Positions 1 through 9,903 of a stretch of DNA of 64,000 bases are shown one piece after another. Position 1 is the first letter of the stretch, and every line of letters starts with the position of its first letter. The DNA comes from Sulfolobales archaeon. GTDB taxonomy: Archaea > Thermoproteota > Thermoprotei_A > Sulfolobales > AG1. The notes beneath the pieces were generated by a model that was not told where the DNA came from, ran no database searches, and saw only the letters and a list, made by a program, of their open reading frames with translations. The position numbers were made by a program, and so were the translations under genes. The DNA lies in NCBI GenBank assembly GCA_038867615.1, contig JAWBYA010000003.1, forward strand, positions 192,001 to 256,000, given 5' to 3'.

Positions 1-168
1 TCTGAGTTTTAGAAGGGAGGATATCGATCCCGATTCTCCTACTAGAACTCTATATTCGCCTGCATCAACTACCCTGAAGTCTTCTATGTTGAAGATATTC
101 AGAATAGCTTTTCTAACCTTCTCAAGATCTTCTGTTGGTCTTACCTCAGCCTCAACCCTAAGTCTCAT
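1..168 (-). CDS. UPF0201/DUF54 putative RNA-binding protein (5' part, runs off window)
   Basis: Manual translation from ATG at 168: MRLRVEAEVRPTEDLEKVRKAILNIF..., the typical UPF0201 N-terminus; absent from ORF track. Confidence 0.8.
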   Translation of the reverse strand, partial: MRLRVEAEVRPTEDLEKVRKAILNIFNIEDFRVVDAGEYRVLVGESGSISSLLKLR

Positions 169-289
169 ATCTATCCAAAAGTACTAGTCCTATTGCTACT
201 TTAAATCCTACTTGCACGAGGATCCATGGGTCTTCATGCTGTAATTAGGTGGAGATGTAAAGAAACAAAACACTTCTCAACCTATACTA

Positions 290-1408
290 TTAGATCTTTG
301 CTGCCTTTTCTCCCTCGTTTAACCAGCATGCAGAACGATGTTTATATCCTACCTCAAAATACAGAGGATCGCTGGTTTTGCATTTATCCATAGCATAGGG
401 GCATCTCGGATGGAACCTGCAGCCTGGAGGTATTGAGATAGCACTCGGGATCTCGCCTATTATTGGTACTTCTTTGATTCTCCACCTACCCTTGGGATCT
501 GGGGATGGTACAGCAGCTATGAGGGCTTGTGTGTATGGGTGTTTGGGTTTGAGAAGGATCTCGTCTGTCGGGCCATACTCAACGATCCTTCCAAGATACA
601 TGACATTTACATAATCACATATTATGCTAGCAACAGCCAGATCGTGTGTTATAAATACATAGGTTAGGTTCCTTCTCTCCTTCAGATCTAGCATTAGCTT
701 CAATATCTCCGCCCTTATTGATACATCGAGCATCGATACAGGCTCATCTGCAACCACTAGCCTGGGACCCAGGATTATTGCTCTAGCTATATTAACCCTC
801 TGTCTCTGACCACCACTCAGCTGGAATGGATATCTATATAGGAACTCCTCGGGGGGTGTGAGTTTCACGTCTTCAAGGGCTTTTATAACCATTTCGAGCC
901 TTTCCTTCTCATCTTTATAGCCGTGTATTATCAATGGCTCCTCAAGGATACCCTTGATCGTCATTCTCGGGTTAAGCGAGCCATAGGGATCCTGGAACAC
1001 TATCTGGATCTCTCTTCTAAGCATTTTAAGCGCCCTACCCTTCGCCTTAGCCATGTCGAATAACAAGCCTCCTTTGCTCTCAATATAGGGTATTCCGGCG
1101 TCTAGGAGTACTTTTGATAACTCATCCGAGGGCCTATATATTATAGATCCTTCTGTAGGTCTATATAGACCTACGATAAGCTTCCCCAATGTTGTCTTGC
1201 CACATCCAGACTCGCCTACAAGGCATGTAACCTTCCCCTTCTCGATCAATATATCAACGCCATCTACAGCCTTAACCACCCTGGTCTTTCTAGCCAGGAT
1301 CTCGCTTAGAGATCTAGCAAGCGAGAAGTACATCTTAACACCGATACCAGCCAGTATAATATCGTCTCTGCTACTAAGCTCCTCAATCTTTATACCCATC
1401 CCTATCAC
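290..1408 (-). CDS. oppF: Oligopeptide/dipeptide ABC transporter ATP-binding subunit (OppF/DppF type)
   Basis: Walker A GESGCGKT, QDPYGSLNPR, LSGGQRQR, DEP, C-terminal GCRFHPRCP domain. Confidence 0.92.
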   Translation of the reverse strand: MIGMGIKIEELSSRDDIILAGIGVKMYFSLARSLSEILARKTRVVKAVDGVDILIEKGKVTCLVGESGCGKTTLGKLIVGLYRPTEGSIIYRPSDELSKVLLDAGIPYIESKGGLLFDMAKAKGRALKMLRREIQIVFQDPYGSLNPRMTIKGILEEPLIIHGYKDEKERLEMVIKALEDVKLTPPEEFLYRYPFQLSGGQRQRVNIARAIILGPRLVVADEPVSMLDVSIRAEILKLMLDLKERRNLTYVFITHDLAVASIICDYVNVMYLGRIVEYGPTDEILLKPKHPYTQALIAAVPSPDPKGRWRIKEVPIIGEIPSAISIPPGCRFHPRCPYAMDKCKTSDPLYFEVGYKHRSACWLNEGEKAAKI

Positions 1409-1410
1409 CC

Positions 1411-2385
1411 CTAGCTTTTAGATACCCCCTCTTTATGTAGCCAGCATGCCGATATATGTCCATCGCCAACGTCGAAATATGGCGGCTCCTCCCTCCTACA
1501 GATCTCCATAGCGAATGGACATCTCGGGTGGAATCTGCAACCCTGTGGCGGGTTCCTGAGATCTGGGGGAGATCCTGGTATCCATGCAAGCTCTTTAGAA
1601 CCCCCTATCCTTGGAATGCTCGCCATAAGGCCTTTGGTGTAGGGATGCGCCGGCTCTGTATAGATTTTCTCTGAAGGACCTAGCTCCACTATTTTTCCAG
1701 CATACATGATCGCAACTTTATCAGCTATCTCAGCTACTAAGGAGAGGTCGTGGGTTATGAGGATTATGCTCAAGCCTCTCTCTTTCCTCAGCTTCTTGAA
1801 CAGATTCAGGATCTGTGCTTGGACAACCACATCCAGCGCCGTGGTCGGCTCATCAGCTATAACAACATCTGGCTGGAGGGCTAGCGCCATGGCTATCACA
1901 GCCCTCTGCTTCATCCCACCGCTGAACTCGTGTGGATAGTTATTAACCCTCCTAGGATCTATACCGACGGATTTAAGCAGCTCCGCAGCCCTCTCCAGAG
2001 CCTCTTTCTTATCCACATCCTCGTGTGCCATTATAGCGTCTGCTATCTGATCACCTATCCTCTTAACCGGATTGAGGGCGTTGAGGGCGCTTTGGAAAAT
2101 CATGCTTATCCTCTTCCACCTGATCTCCTTCCTCACTCTCTCCTCAGGTAGCTTGAGTATATCCTCTCCACCGAGAATTATAGATCCCTCGACAATCCTG
2201 CCCGGCGGTGGGACAAGCCTTAGTAGGCTGAAACCAAGTGTTGATTTACCAGATCCTGATTCTCCAACAATTCCTAGGGCCTCTCCCTTTTCAAGGGAGA
2301 ACGAGACACCATCAACAGCTCTAACAGATCCTCTTAGTGTGAAGAAATAGGTCTTGAGGTTCCTGACCTCTAGCAGGGCTGTCAT
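1411..2385 (-). CDS. oppD: Oligopeptide/dipeptide ABC transporter ATP-binding subunit (OppD/DppD type)
   Basis: GESGSGKS, YPHEFSGGMKQR, DEPTTALD, C-terminal GCRFHPRC. Confidence 0.92.
   Translation of the reverse strand: MTALLEVRNLKTYFFTLRGSVRAVDGVSFSLEKGEALGIVGESGSGKSTLGFSLLRLVPPPGRIVEGSIILGGEDILKLPEERVRKEIRWKRISMIFQSALNALNPVKRIGDQIADAIMAHEDVDKKEALERAAELLKSVGIDPRRVNNYPHEFSGGMKQRAVIAMALALQPDVVIADEPTTALDVVVQAQILNLFKKLRKERGLSIILITHDLSLVAEIADKVAIMYAGKIVELGPSEKIYTEPAHPYTKGLMASIPRIGGSKELAWIPGSPPDLRNPPQGCRFHPRCPFAMEICRREEPPYFDVGDGHISACWLHKEGVSKS
1434..1544 (-). repeat. 111-bp repeat, copy 1 (inverted relative to 21168-21278)
   Basis: Reverse complement matches 21168-21278 with about 7 substitutions (manual alignment). 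Confidence 0.9.
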
Positions 2386-2568
2386 AGCTTATCAGCCATC
2401 CCTGGTTCTCAGTGTTAATTAAACATGCACGCTTATAACTATACACATTAACCAGGTTCTAATCAGATTCTAGAAGGAAGTACGTCTTAGGATTGGTGGA
2501 AGTGGTGGTTTTATATCCTATAGAATATCTATAGCACTGCTTATCAACCACCTAACGCCCGTAAGAAT

Positions 2569-3966
2569 GTGGATACCATGGTAGGGAAACCACCGATCCC
2601 AAGGGCTTTAACCATAGCCGGTGTCGACAGTGGTGGCGGTGCTGGGATAGCAGCGGATCTAAAGACATTCGCAGCCCTCCAGGTTCACGGACTTGTTGCT
2701 GTTACAAGCGTTACTGCTCAGAACACGCTGGGGGTTTTCGGAATCCATGATATACCTCCATCGATGGTTGAGCTACAGATCGATGTTGTTGCTGAGGATA
2801 TAGGTGTTGATGCTGCTAAGACCGGTATGCTGAGCAACCCGGGTATTGTTAGAAGTGTTGCTAGGTCTGTTAAGAAGCACGGCTTCCCACTTGTAGTGGA
2901 TCCTGTGATATTTGCTAAGAGCGGCGATAGACTGCTAGTCGAAGAAGCTGTTGAGGTTATGACTAAAGAGCTATTACCCCTAGCAAAGGTAGTTACCCCC
3001 AACAAGTTTGAGGCTGAGAGGCTCTCGGGGATAAGGATAGAGGGTCTTGGGGATGCTGAGAAGGCTGGGAAGATAATTAGGGAGAAATACGGTCCAGAGA
3101 TCGTGGTTGTTAAGGGAGGGCATCTATCAGGTGATAAGAGCATAGATATAGTGATCCATGGTTCTGGTAGTGTCACAATGCTAGAAGGACCCAGGGTTGA
3201 TGGGTGCACACACGGAACAGGATGCTCCTTCTCAGCAGCTATAGCTGCATATATAGCCAGGGGCGAGGATCTCTTGAACGCTGTTAAGAAGGCTAAGGAG
3301 TTTGTGACAATAGCTATAGAGAGAAGCTATAAAGTGGGTAAGGGTCACTGCCCAGTAAACCCAACAGCATATTTAGAGCTCGATGCAGAGAAATATAGGG
3401 CTGAGAGGCTTGTTGAGGAAGCCATAGCTATTATAGAGAAGAGAGCCGAGGATGTTGCTAAACTCATACCAGAGGTTCAGAGCAACCTCGTATACGCCCT
3501 ACCCCACTATCTAGCCAAGAGCCCCAGAGACGTTATAGCAATACCAGGGAGGATCGTGAACTACATGGGAAAGGCAAAAGCCTCAGGATCCCCGAAGCCA
3601 GGAGCTTCAAGCCATGTTGCCAGAGGAGTTCTAGCAGCTATGGAGATCTACCCAGAATATAGAGCAGCAATGAATATAAGATACATTCCTGGGCTAGAGG
3701 ATATAGCATCAAAAGCAGGCTTCAAGATCTCATGGTACGATAGAAAAGAAGAACCCGAGGATGTGAAGAGAAAAGAAGGAGCATCAATACCATGGGGCGT
3801 TAGAACAGCAATAAACAGGATAGGCTCAATGCCAGATATAATAATAGACTATGGAGATTTCGGAAAAGAGCCTGGAGCCAAGATCTTCGGCAAGGATCCT
3901 ATAGACGTGGTTAACAAGCTACTCAGACTAATAGAAGAGCTTAAGAAGAATAAAACAATAAGCTAG
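2569..3966 (+). CDS. thiDN: Bifunctional HMP/HMP-P kinase-thiamine phosphate synthase (ThiD-ThiN fusion)
   Basis: ALTIAGVDSGGGAGIAADLKTF and HGTGCSFS (ThiD); C-terminal LIPEVQSN...GASSHVAR...GKEP (ThiN). Confidence 0.93.
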   Translation: MDTMVGKPPIPRALTIAGVDSGGGAGIAADLKTFAALQVHGLVAVTSVTAQNTLGVFGIHDIPPSMVELQIDVVAEDIGVDAAKTGMLSNPGIVRSVARSVKKHGFPLVVDPVIFAKSGDRLLVEEAVEVMTKELLPLAKVVTPNKFEAERLSGIRIEGLGDAEKAGKIIREKYGPEIVVVKGGHLSGDKSIDIVIHGSGSVTMLEGPRVDGCTHGTGCSFSAAIAAYIARGEDLLNAVKKAKEFVTIAIERSYKVGKGHCPVNPTAYLELDAEKYRAERLVEEAIAIIEKRAEDVAKLIPEVQSNLVYALPHYLAKSPRDVIAIPGRIVNYMGKAKASGSPKPGASSHVARGVLAAMEIYPEYRAAMNIRYIPGLEDIASKAGFKISWYDRKEEPEDVKRKEGASIPWGVRTAINRIGSMPDIIIDYGDFGKEPGAKIFGKDPIDVVNKLLRLIEELKKNKTIS

Positions 3967-4218
3967 ATCACCACCCCATACCCTCAGATCAACCCTTAGC
4001 GAAACCATAGACAAGTCTTTCAACCCAATAACTTTATAATCCAAACCTCCAACATATTACAAATCCCGACTAAATAGCACGATGAGAATATTTATTATCC
4101 CGACAACATATCGCCGACCAAGCGTGACTCTACGATCTGTCGAAATATCGACCAGAAAAAGAAATAACACAAGAACTAAACCCTAGCCAGAGGAAAACTT
4201 GTCGAAGGTGCATAAGAT

Positions 4219-4899
4219 ATGGGGACAAAAGACGCAGGTAGAAAAACCCACAGACTCCCTAAGAAAGTAAAAGCCGTAGTCGGTATTGAGAGCGCTATAG
4301 TCCTCATAGCCTTTGTTGTAGTAGCAGCTGCACTAGCCTTTGTAGTACTTAATATGGGGTTCTTCACAACCCAGAGATCCAAAGAGACAATAGGATCTGG
4401 ACTAGCCCAAGCAAGCAGCTCTCTAGAGCTCGACGGTACAGTTGTTGCAAGAGTCGATATCAGTAAGAGTATTGTCGACTGCGTCATAATACCGATAAGA
4501 CTCTCCGCAGGGCAAAAGCCTGTGGATCTAACGCCGACCAAGACCAACATAGCCATCTGGGTTCTGGGGAGGTATGGATATGCAAATATATATACCAGTG
4601 AGTCACAAGCTGTGAAGACTCAGAGTGACTTTAATGTAAGCGCTCTATGCACCACTGTGATGCCCTCCACTACTGATACCGTAAATGCTTCAATCATATG
4701 GCAGAAGGGTAATAATGGAGACAACGTTCTGGATCCGGGGGAGAAAGCCTTAGTTGTGCTGGCTTTCAATGGTGGCAATGTAACACTTGGTGCATATAAC
4801 GTGTTCAAGGTTGAGATAAGGGTGCCTATAGGCGCTGCACTAACAGTAGAAAGATCTATCCCAGCATCTCTCACACAAACAGTAATAGATCTAGGGTAA
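4219..4899 (+). CDS. arlB: Archaellin (archaeal flagellin)
   Basis: Class III signal peptide KKVKA|VVGIESAIVLIAFVVVAAALAFVVLNMGFFTTQRSKETI; C-terminal DNVLDPGEK and GAALTVERSIP. Confidence 0.9.
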   Translation: MGTKDAGRKTHRLPKKVKAVVGIESAIVLIAFVVVAAALAFVVLNMGFFTTQRSKETIGSGLAQASSSLELDGTVVARVDISKSIVDCVIIPIRLSAGQKPVDLTPTKTNIAIWVLGRYGYANIYTSESQAVKTQSDFNVSALCTTVMPSTTDTVNASIIWQKGNNGDNVLDPGEKALVVLAFNGGNVTLGAYNVFKVEIRVPIGAALTVERSIPASLTQTVIDLG

Positions 4900-4916
4900 A
4901 GATCTAAAATTCGATC

Positions 4917-4927
4917 TCTTTTTTTTT
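4917..4927 (+). terminator. Oligo-T terminator of the archaellin gene
   Basis: tctttttttttt run about 20 nt after the stop codon. Confidence 0.6.
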
Positions 4928-5274
4928 AATTTAAAGCTCTACTACATTAATTCTTTTCCAACAGCATTTGGGCCTAGTTATCTACGGTTTTGCTATAGAT
5001 CATAAGATCATATTTACTTAGCGGATCCGTAAGATAGTCTTAGAACCCACGTTCTTAGTCAGAATAAAAGGGAGGAGCATACTTCATCTTCACGGTTTTT
5101 CCTAAAACACTTGATCTTAAGCTCGCTGGTTTAGTATTAGTAAAGATCTCTTAAGACACTCATACTCCAAGATAACAATCAGTTTTCTTTTAGATCGTTG
5201 GGACTTATAAGAAAAATTAGGAAGAGAATCTAAATAAACCCCCAGATATATTAAGATTATAGGAAAGCCTGCGC

Positions 5275-5352
5275 GGGCCCGTCGTCTAGCCCGGTTAGGA
5301 CGCCGCCCTTACGAGGCGGAGGTCCTGGGTTCAAATCCCAGCGGGCCCACCA
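5275..5352 (+). tRNA. tRNA-Val(TAC)
   Basis: GGGCCCG acceptor stem, anticodon arm CCGCC-CTTACGA-GGCGG, GGTTCAAATCC T-arm, encoded CCA. Confidence 0.97.
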
Positions 5353-5860
5353 ATTTTTCTAGGTATTTAGATTTTCTTTACGATGTTCAACATTGAACAT
5401 GCTTCTCTTCAAGATCTCTGTATATTGCTATGTTCGCTAGACTGTTCCTCATGAATATTGTAAAGGAAGACTTACGAGTCTGAGTAATGTGGTTTTTGGA
5501 TGATCTGGTCTATATATCGACTCTGGATAGTGGCGAGGGCATTGTTCCAAATCGCCGAGAGGATGCTCTCTTAGTGGTTAGGAGCCTTACATAGACACAC
5601 CCTTAGTTAGACTCAACAGCCACCTACGACCTCATAGGGGCAGAGATCCCTGTGTTGGTGAGGCGAAAGTTCAGAAAACAAAAATATCAATGAACATCCA
5701 GGGATCAACGATTTTATTAAACCTCGCTTAGGCAGTCTCACTTCTAATTGTTAATCTGTGTGGTTTTCAATGGCTTAAGGTTCTTTAAGATATTGCCCAA
5801 TATACAGTCTGCTATTGGTCTTAATATCGGTTCAGCATTATTGGCTAGGGAACAAGAGAC

Positions 5861-6730
5861 TTGGCTGGTTTGGAGCTGTTAGCCTTATCAACGATCCTCT
5901 TCTCATTCAGTATGGGTTATCATTATGCTGGAGCTGTTGTTGGTTCTGCATATGGTGGTAGAGCTGTAAGGCTTAGGCTGGGTCTTGTAATGGCATCCGT
6001 ACTTGTTCTGATAGGAACTCTAGCTACACCGGTGTCTAGGACCTATAGTAATTTATATTCTGGGAGTTTTGATGGTTACTCCTCGATCCTATTGGGATCT
6101 TTTATAGCGACCTCCATAGCAACTTATCTAAAAATCCCCACATCTACTATACAGATATTCACATTCTCAGCCTTAGCGTCAGCGCTCGTCGGGGATGGGA
6201 GTCTGAGTATTGGGATCTTGGCAGTGCTTATGGTATCATGGGTTCTAGCACCGGTTCTCTCCTATACTATGGCTCCGCTTATCATGAGGATCACTCCTAA
6301 CAAGAAATGGCCCCTGCTATTGGTAATGGTCTTCTCAGCACTAGTCCTAGGTACTAACGACATAGGCATGGCTGCGTCTTTCCTAGGGGAAAAGGGGCTT
6401 TCTAGACACTATGCTGCAATCATGGCTGGGTTCTCAGCTTCCCTTGGGCTTGTGGTTTGGGGCTCTAGACTTGTCAAGCTCGTTGGAGACGAGCTTGGGA
6501 TCCATGGTGAGAGGAGATTCCTAGCGGCTCAGTCGACGAAGATAGCGATACTATTGATCCTCAATAGCCTTGGGCTTAACGCATCGATGAATCAAACCCT
6601 CATAGGTGCTTTAGCAGGTTTAGGAGCTCGGGGGAAGATTATTAGGAACATACTTATGGGCTGGGCGTTGAGCCCGGTGCTTGGTTTAGCTTTATCGATG
6701 CTGGTGTATCTGTTGCTCAATATATATTAG
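5861..6730 (+). CDS. PiT-family inorganic phosphate/anion permease
   Basis: Polytopic membrane protein with PiT-like motifs (GYHYAGAVVGSAYG, KIPTSTIQ, GTNDIG, SMNQTLIG..WALSP). Confidence 0.75.
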   Translation: MAGLELLALSTILFSFSMGYHYAGAVVGSAYGGRAVRLRLGLVMASVLVLIGTLATPVSRTYSNLYSGSFDGYSSILLGSFIATSIATYLKIPTSTIQIFTFSALASALVGDGSLSIGILAVLMVSWVLAPVLSYTMAPLIMRITPNKKWPLLLVMVFSALVLGTNDIGMAASFLGEKGLSRHYAAIMAGFSASLGLVVWGSRLVKLVGDELGIHGERRFLAAQSTKIAILLILNSLGLNASMNQTLIGALAGLGARGKIIRNILMGWALSPVLGLALSMLVYLLLNIY

Positions 6731-6746
6731 CTAGAGGGCATTTCTA

Positions 6747-7523
6747 TTGGTGTATGTTATGTATAGCTATGTTTCGGTTGAGGTTAGGGATAGGCTTGGC
6801 TGGGTTTTTATGAATAGGCCTGATAAATACAACGCGCTCAGTACAGCAATGATCGGTGAGATCATATCCTCGATAGATTCATTGGAGAGGAGTGAGGAGG
6901 CAAAGATCCTTGTGCTTAGCGGTCGTGGGAAGGCTTTCTCAGCAGGCATAGATCTTGGAGAGCTCTCGTCGGCAAGAAACCCGGATGAGGCTGGAGCCCT
7001 ATTCCAAGCCCTTGCAAGGCTTTTCAGAAGGCTTTTAATGGTTGAGAAACCCCTCATAGTAGCTGTTAATGGAGACGCGTATGGTGGTGGTGCAGAGCTC
7101 CTCTGGGTGGGGGATGCTGTTGTTGTCTCCGAGAATGCTAGGATTTCTTGGGCTGAGGCTAGGTGGGGCCTGCTGCCACCGGTGCTCTCAACACTAGGGA
7201 TCCTATCGATAGGCCCTGTGAAGGCATCCTATCTAGCTATGAGCTCAACAGTAATAACTGCCAGGGAGGCTCTCGAGCTCGGCCTAGCTACCCATATAGC
7301 TCCTCAGGAGAAGCTTGAGGAGACTGTTATTAGTATTGCAAGATCCTTTATGGATAACTCACCCCAGGCTCTGAGAACAATAAAGAAGATCAAGAGGAGC
7401 ATACTATCAACACACCTAGTAGAGCTAGGGGTATCAGAGCTTGAGAGACTCTCAAGAAGCGGGGAAGCATTGGGAGCGGCACAAGCATTTAGGGAGAAGA
7501 GAAAGCCTAGCTATCAGTGGTGA
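6747..7523 (+). CDS. Enoyl-CoA hydratase/isomerase family protein
   Basis: NRPDKYNALS, AFSAGIDL, KPLIVAVNGDAYGGGAEL crotonase motifs. Confidence 0.9.
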   Translation: MVYVMYSYVSVEVRDRLGWVFMNRPDKYNALSTAMIGEIISSIDSLERSEEAKILVLSGRGKAFSAGIDLGELSSARNPDEAGALFQALARLFRRLLMVEKPLIVAVNGDAYGGGAELLWVGDAVVVSENARISWAEARWGLLPPVLSTLGILSIGPVKASYLAMSSTVITAREALELGLATHIAPQEKLEETVISIARSFMDNSPQALRTIKKIKRSILSTHLVELGVSELERLSRSGEALGAAQAFREKRKPSYQW

Positions 7524-7579
7524 TGATCCGCGGATATTTGATAAAATATAAGCCTTCTCGAATCTCTATTGGTGAAAGG

Positions 7580-7653
7580 GCCGCGGTAGCTCAGCCTGGT
7601 AGAGCGCTGCCCTGGTAAGGCAGAGGTCCCGGGTTCGAATCCCGGCCGCGGCT
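7580..7653 (+). tRNA. tRNA-Thr(GGT)
   Basis: GCCGCGG acceptor, anticodon arm CTGCC-CTGGTAA-GGCAG, GGTTCGAATCC; CCA not encoded. Confidence 0.96.
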
Positions 7654-7802
7654 TTTATTACCCGGTTCCCTATAGATCATTGTTCCATTTATCCGTCATA
7701 TATTCTATTATTCATCGTACGCAACTAACCTTGTTATCTGAGCAATATCGCCTATGATCCTCTAATATTTGCTCTCTATCAACTGTTATTACGGCGATTC
7801 TA

Positions 7803-9011
7803 TTGAGGGTAGGGATTATTGGTGGCGGTATTGTAGGGCTCTTCACATCATACTATCTCCTCAGGAGAGGTGTTAGTGTTACGATCATCGACATAGATCC
7901 TGTTGGTGGGAGAGCTTCTGAGAATAATGCAGGCTTTATCGTTTCAACAGCTTCTAAGCCCAGGTTATCGCTATCACTGCTAGCTAGAGCTGTGCTGGGT
8001 TTCCAAGCCCCGGTGAGGGTCTCTCTAGCCAGGCTTGTTAGGAGTGCTCAGTGGTTTTTGAAGGCTTCGAGATCCTATGGCTATGGTGATGATGTTATCG
8101 CCAAAATGGCTAGGAGGAGCCTGGATCTCTATTTAGAGTTTCTCTCAAATGAGAGTATAGATGTTGATCTCGTTAGAGGTGTTATCTCGGCTTTCAAGCG
8201 ATGGGAGGACGCTGTCGCCCTTGCTAAAAGTATTGGGGGTAGAGTACTTGATGAGAGGGATCTCAGGGATCATGGCTATATAGGGCTTGGCGGGGGTGTC
8301 TATGTAAAGGAGGATCTATCTATAAACCCCTTGAAACTCTATTGGGGTCTTAGGAAAAGGGTCGAGGATCTTGGTGCCAGAATTATTATCGATGAGGTTC
8401 GGAGAATCAGGGTTAGTGAAAAAGGGGTTGTTGTTATAGCGGGTAAGGGTTCCACAGAGCATGACTATATAGTTATATCAGCTGGGAGTAGGTGTGGTGA
8501 GATATGTAGAAGCATAGGTTATAATCCTATGGTGGAGCCTGCCAGAGGGGTTGCGATCCTCCATAGAACAAAAAGAGCCGGGCTTATATCATATCCAGCC
8601 CTTCTAGAGGACTATGGGGTTGCTGTAGCACAACACGGATCCGAGCTTCTGAGGCTAACAGGCTTCTTCGAGCTTATAGGTCATAGGGTTAAGGTCGATA
8701 GAAGGCTGACCGGATGGCTTATGGGTATTGCTAGAAACCATGTTAAGAACTACGGAGAGGCCGAGCCATATACTGTGAGAATGGGGTTTAGGCCCTGTTC
8801 AGCAGATCTTTTACCGGTGATCGGCAGGATCCCGGGTTATGAGAATATATACATAGCTACAGGTCTATGCAGGCTTGGCATTACCATGGCTCCTATAACA
8901 GGTAAGATCGTATCCTCAATGCTACTTGGTGAGAACCCACCTATAGATCAGAAGATCCTTAGCGCAATATCCCCGGCAAGGTTTAGTGGGAAAAAGGTTC
9001 GGGCTTTATAG
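7803..9011 (+). CDS. FAD-dependent oxidoreductase, D-amino acid dehydrogenase (DadA/DAO) family
   Basis: GIIGGGIVG Rossmann motif, ASENNAG, GFRPCSADLLPVIG, ATGLCRLGITMAP. Confidence 0.85.
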   Translation: MRVGIIGGGIVGLFTSYYLLRRGVSVTIIDIDPVGGRASENNAGFIVSTASKPRLSLSLLARAVLGFQAPVRVSLARLVRSAQWFLKASRSYGYGDDVIAKMARRSLDLYLEFLSNESIDVDLVRGVISAFKRWEDAVALAKSIGGRVLDERDLRDHGYIGLGGGVYVKEDLSINPLKLYWGLRKRVEDLGARIIIDEVRRIRVSEKGVVVIAGKGSTEHDYIVISAGSRCGEICRSIGYNPMVEPARGVAILHRTKRAGLISYPALLEDYGVAVAQHGSELLRLTGFFELIGHRVKVDRRLTGWLMGIARNHVKNYGEAEPYTVRMGFRPCSADLLPVIGRIPGYENIYIATGLCRLGITMAPITGKIVSSMLLGENPPIDQKILSAISPARFSGKKVRAL

Positions 9012-9101
9012 ATTAGTAATGCTCTATATAGACCTTGATCTCGATGTTCACACCGGATCTTTGTTGATACTTGTTCTCTCTTACACTTCAGAATAAACCG
9101 T

Positions 9102-9878
9102 ATGAGGGGTATATGTAGGAGTATTTTAAAGCCTATATGTGTAAGCAAGATATCCGGGCTCTTATTGAGGAGCATATTGGTGAGGATCAAGAGCGGTAGG
9201 TCTGAAGGACTCCTGGGGCTCTATGGAAGAATAGCCGATGGATCTACGCCTGATGATACGATCAAAACATCGCTCACATTCGAGAGGGTCGATCCTGTGG
9301 TTAATTTCATATGGATAGACGACCCAGCCCCAGGGATACCTCTGAACTCGTTTGCAGCTATGTGGGAGGGATATATAGAGATCCCGAGAACAGGTAAATA
9401 CCTCTTCTTTCTAGAGGCTGATGATGGTGCTAGGCTCTATATGGATGGAAGTATTATAATAGATCTCTGGGGTAACAGGGATCCTAGGAGAGTCTTTTCA
9501 GACTGGCTAGAGCTTTCCGAAGGCCCCCATAAAGTTAGGATCGAGTATTATAACGAGGGATCTTTTGGCAAGATAGGGTTTGGCTGGAGCAGGGAAAAGG
9601 GCTACTATGAGATTATACCTTCTCGCTACCTCTACACACTGCCAAGCAGGTCTATCATAGTAACCGGGATACCTAAGACATATAAAGTGATCCTCATAGC
9701 AGAGGGTGAGACTAGAGAAGCGATCTTTAAAGGAGGGCTAGCCCTAATACCCCTAGGATCTAGGGAGAAGCCGATCGAGGGTATTATAAAGGTTTTCGAT
9801 GAGGATAACAATCCACTATATATAAGCCCATATATTGAGATACTGCCTGGAGATGTCTTCAGCCTCGAGATGGTGTAG
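9102..9878 (+). CDS. PA14-domain protein (true start probably downstream, near 9180)
   Basis: RVDPVVNFIW, FAAMWEGYI, GKYLFFLEADDGARLYMDG, HKVRIEYY are PA14 signatures. Confidence 0.8.
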   Translation: MRGICRSILKPICVSKISGLLLRSILVRIKSGRSEGLLGLYGRIADGSTPDDTIKTSLTFERVDPVVNFIWIDDPAPGIPLNSFAAMWEGYIEIPRTGKYLFFLEADDGARLYMDGSIIIDLWGNRDPRRVFSDWLELSEGPHKVRIEYYNEGSFGKIGFGWSREKGYYEIIPSRYLYTLPSRSIIVTGIPKTYKVILIAEGETREAIFKGGLALIPLGSREKPIEGIIKVFDEDNNPLYISPYIEILPGDVFSLEMV

Positions 9879-9903
9879 CTCAGCTATGCCTAGTAATTGT
9901 ATG

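Noticed and set aside
5488-5595. Short ORF (MWFLDDLVYIST...) and GGATGA box after tRNA-Val
   Set aside because: 35 codons without a recognisable motif; no terminal D box
7520-7570. GTGATGA at the enoyl-CoA hydratase stop as a C box
   Set aside because: No convincing C'/D boxes at suitable spacing; explained by tandem stop codons and the tRNA promoter
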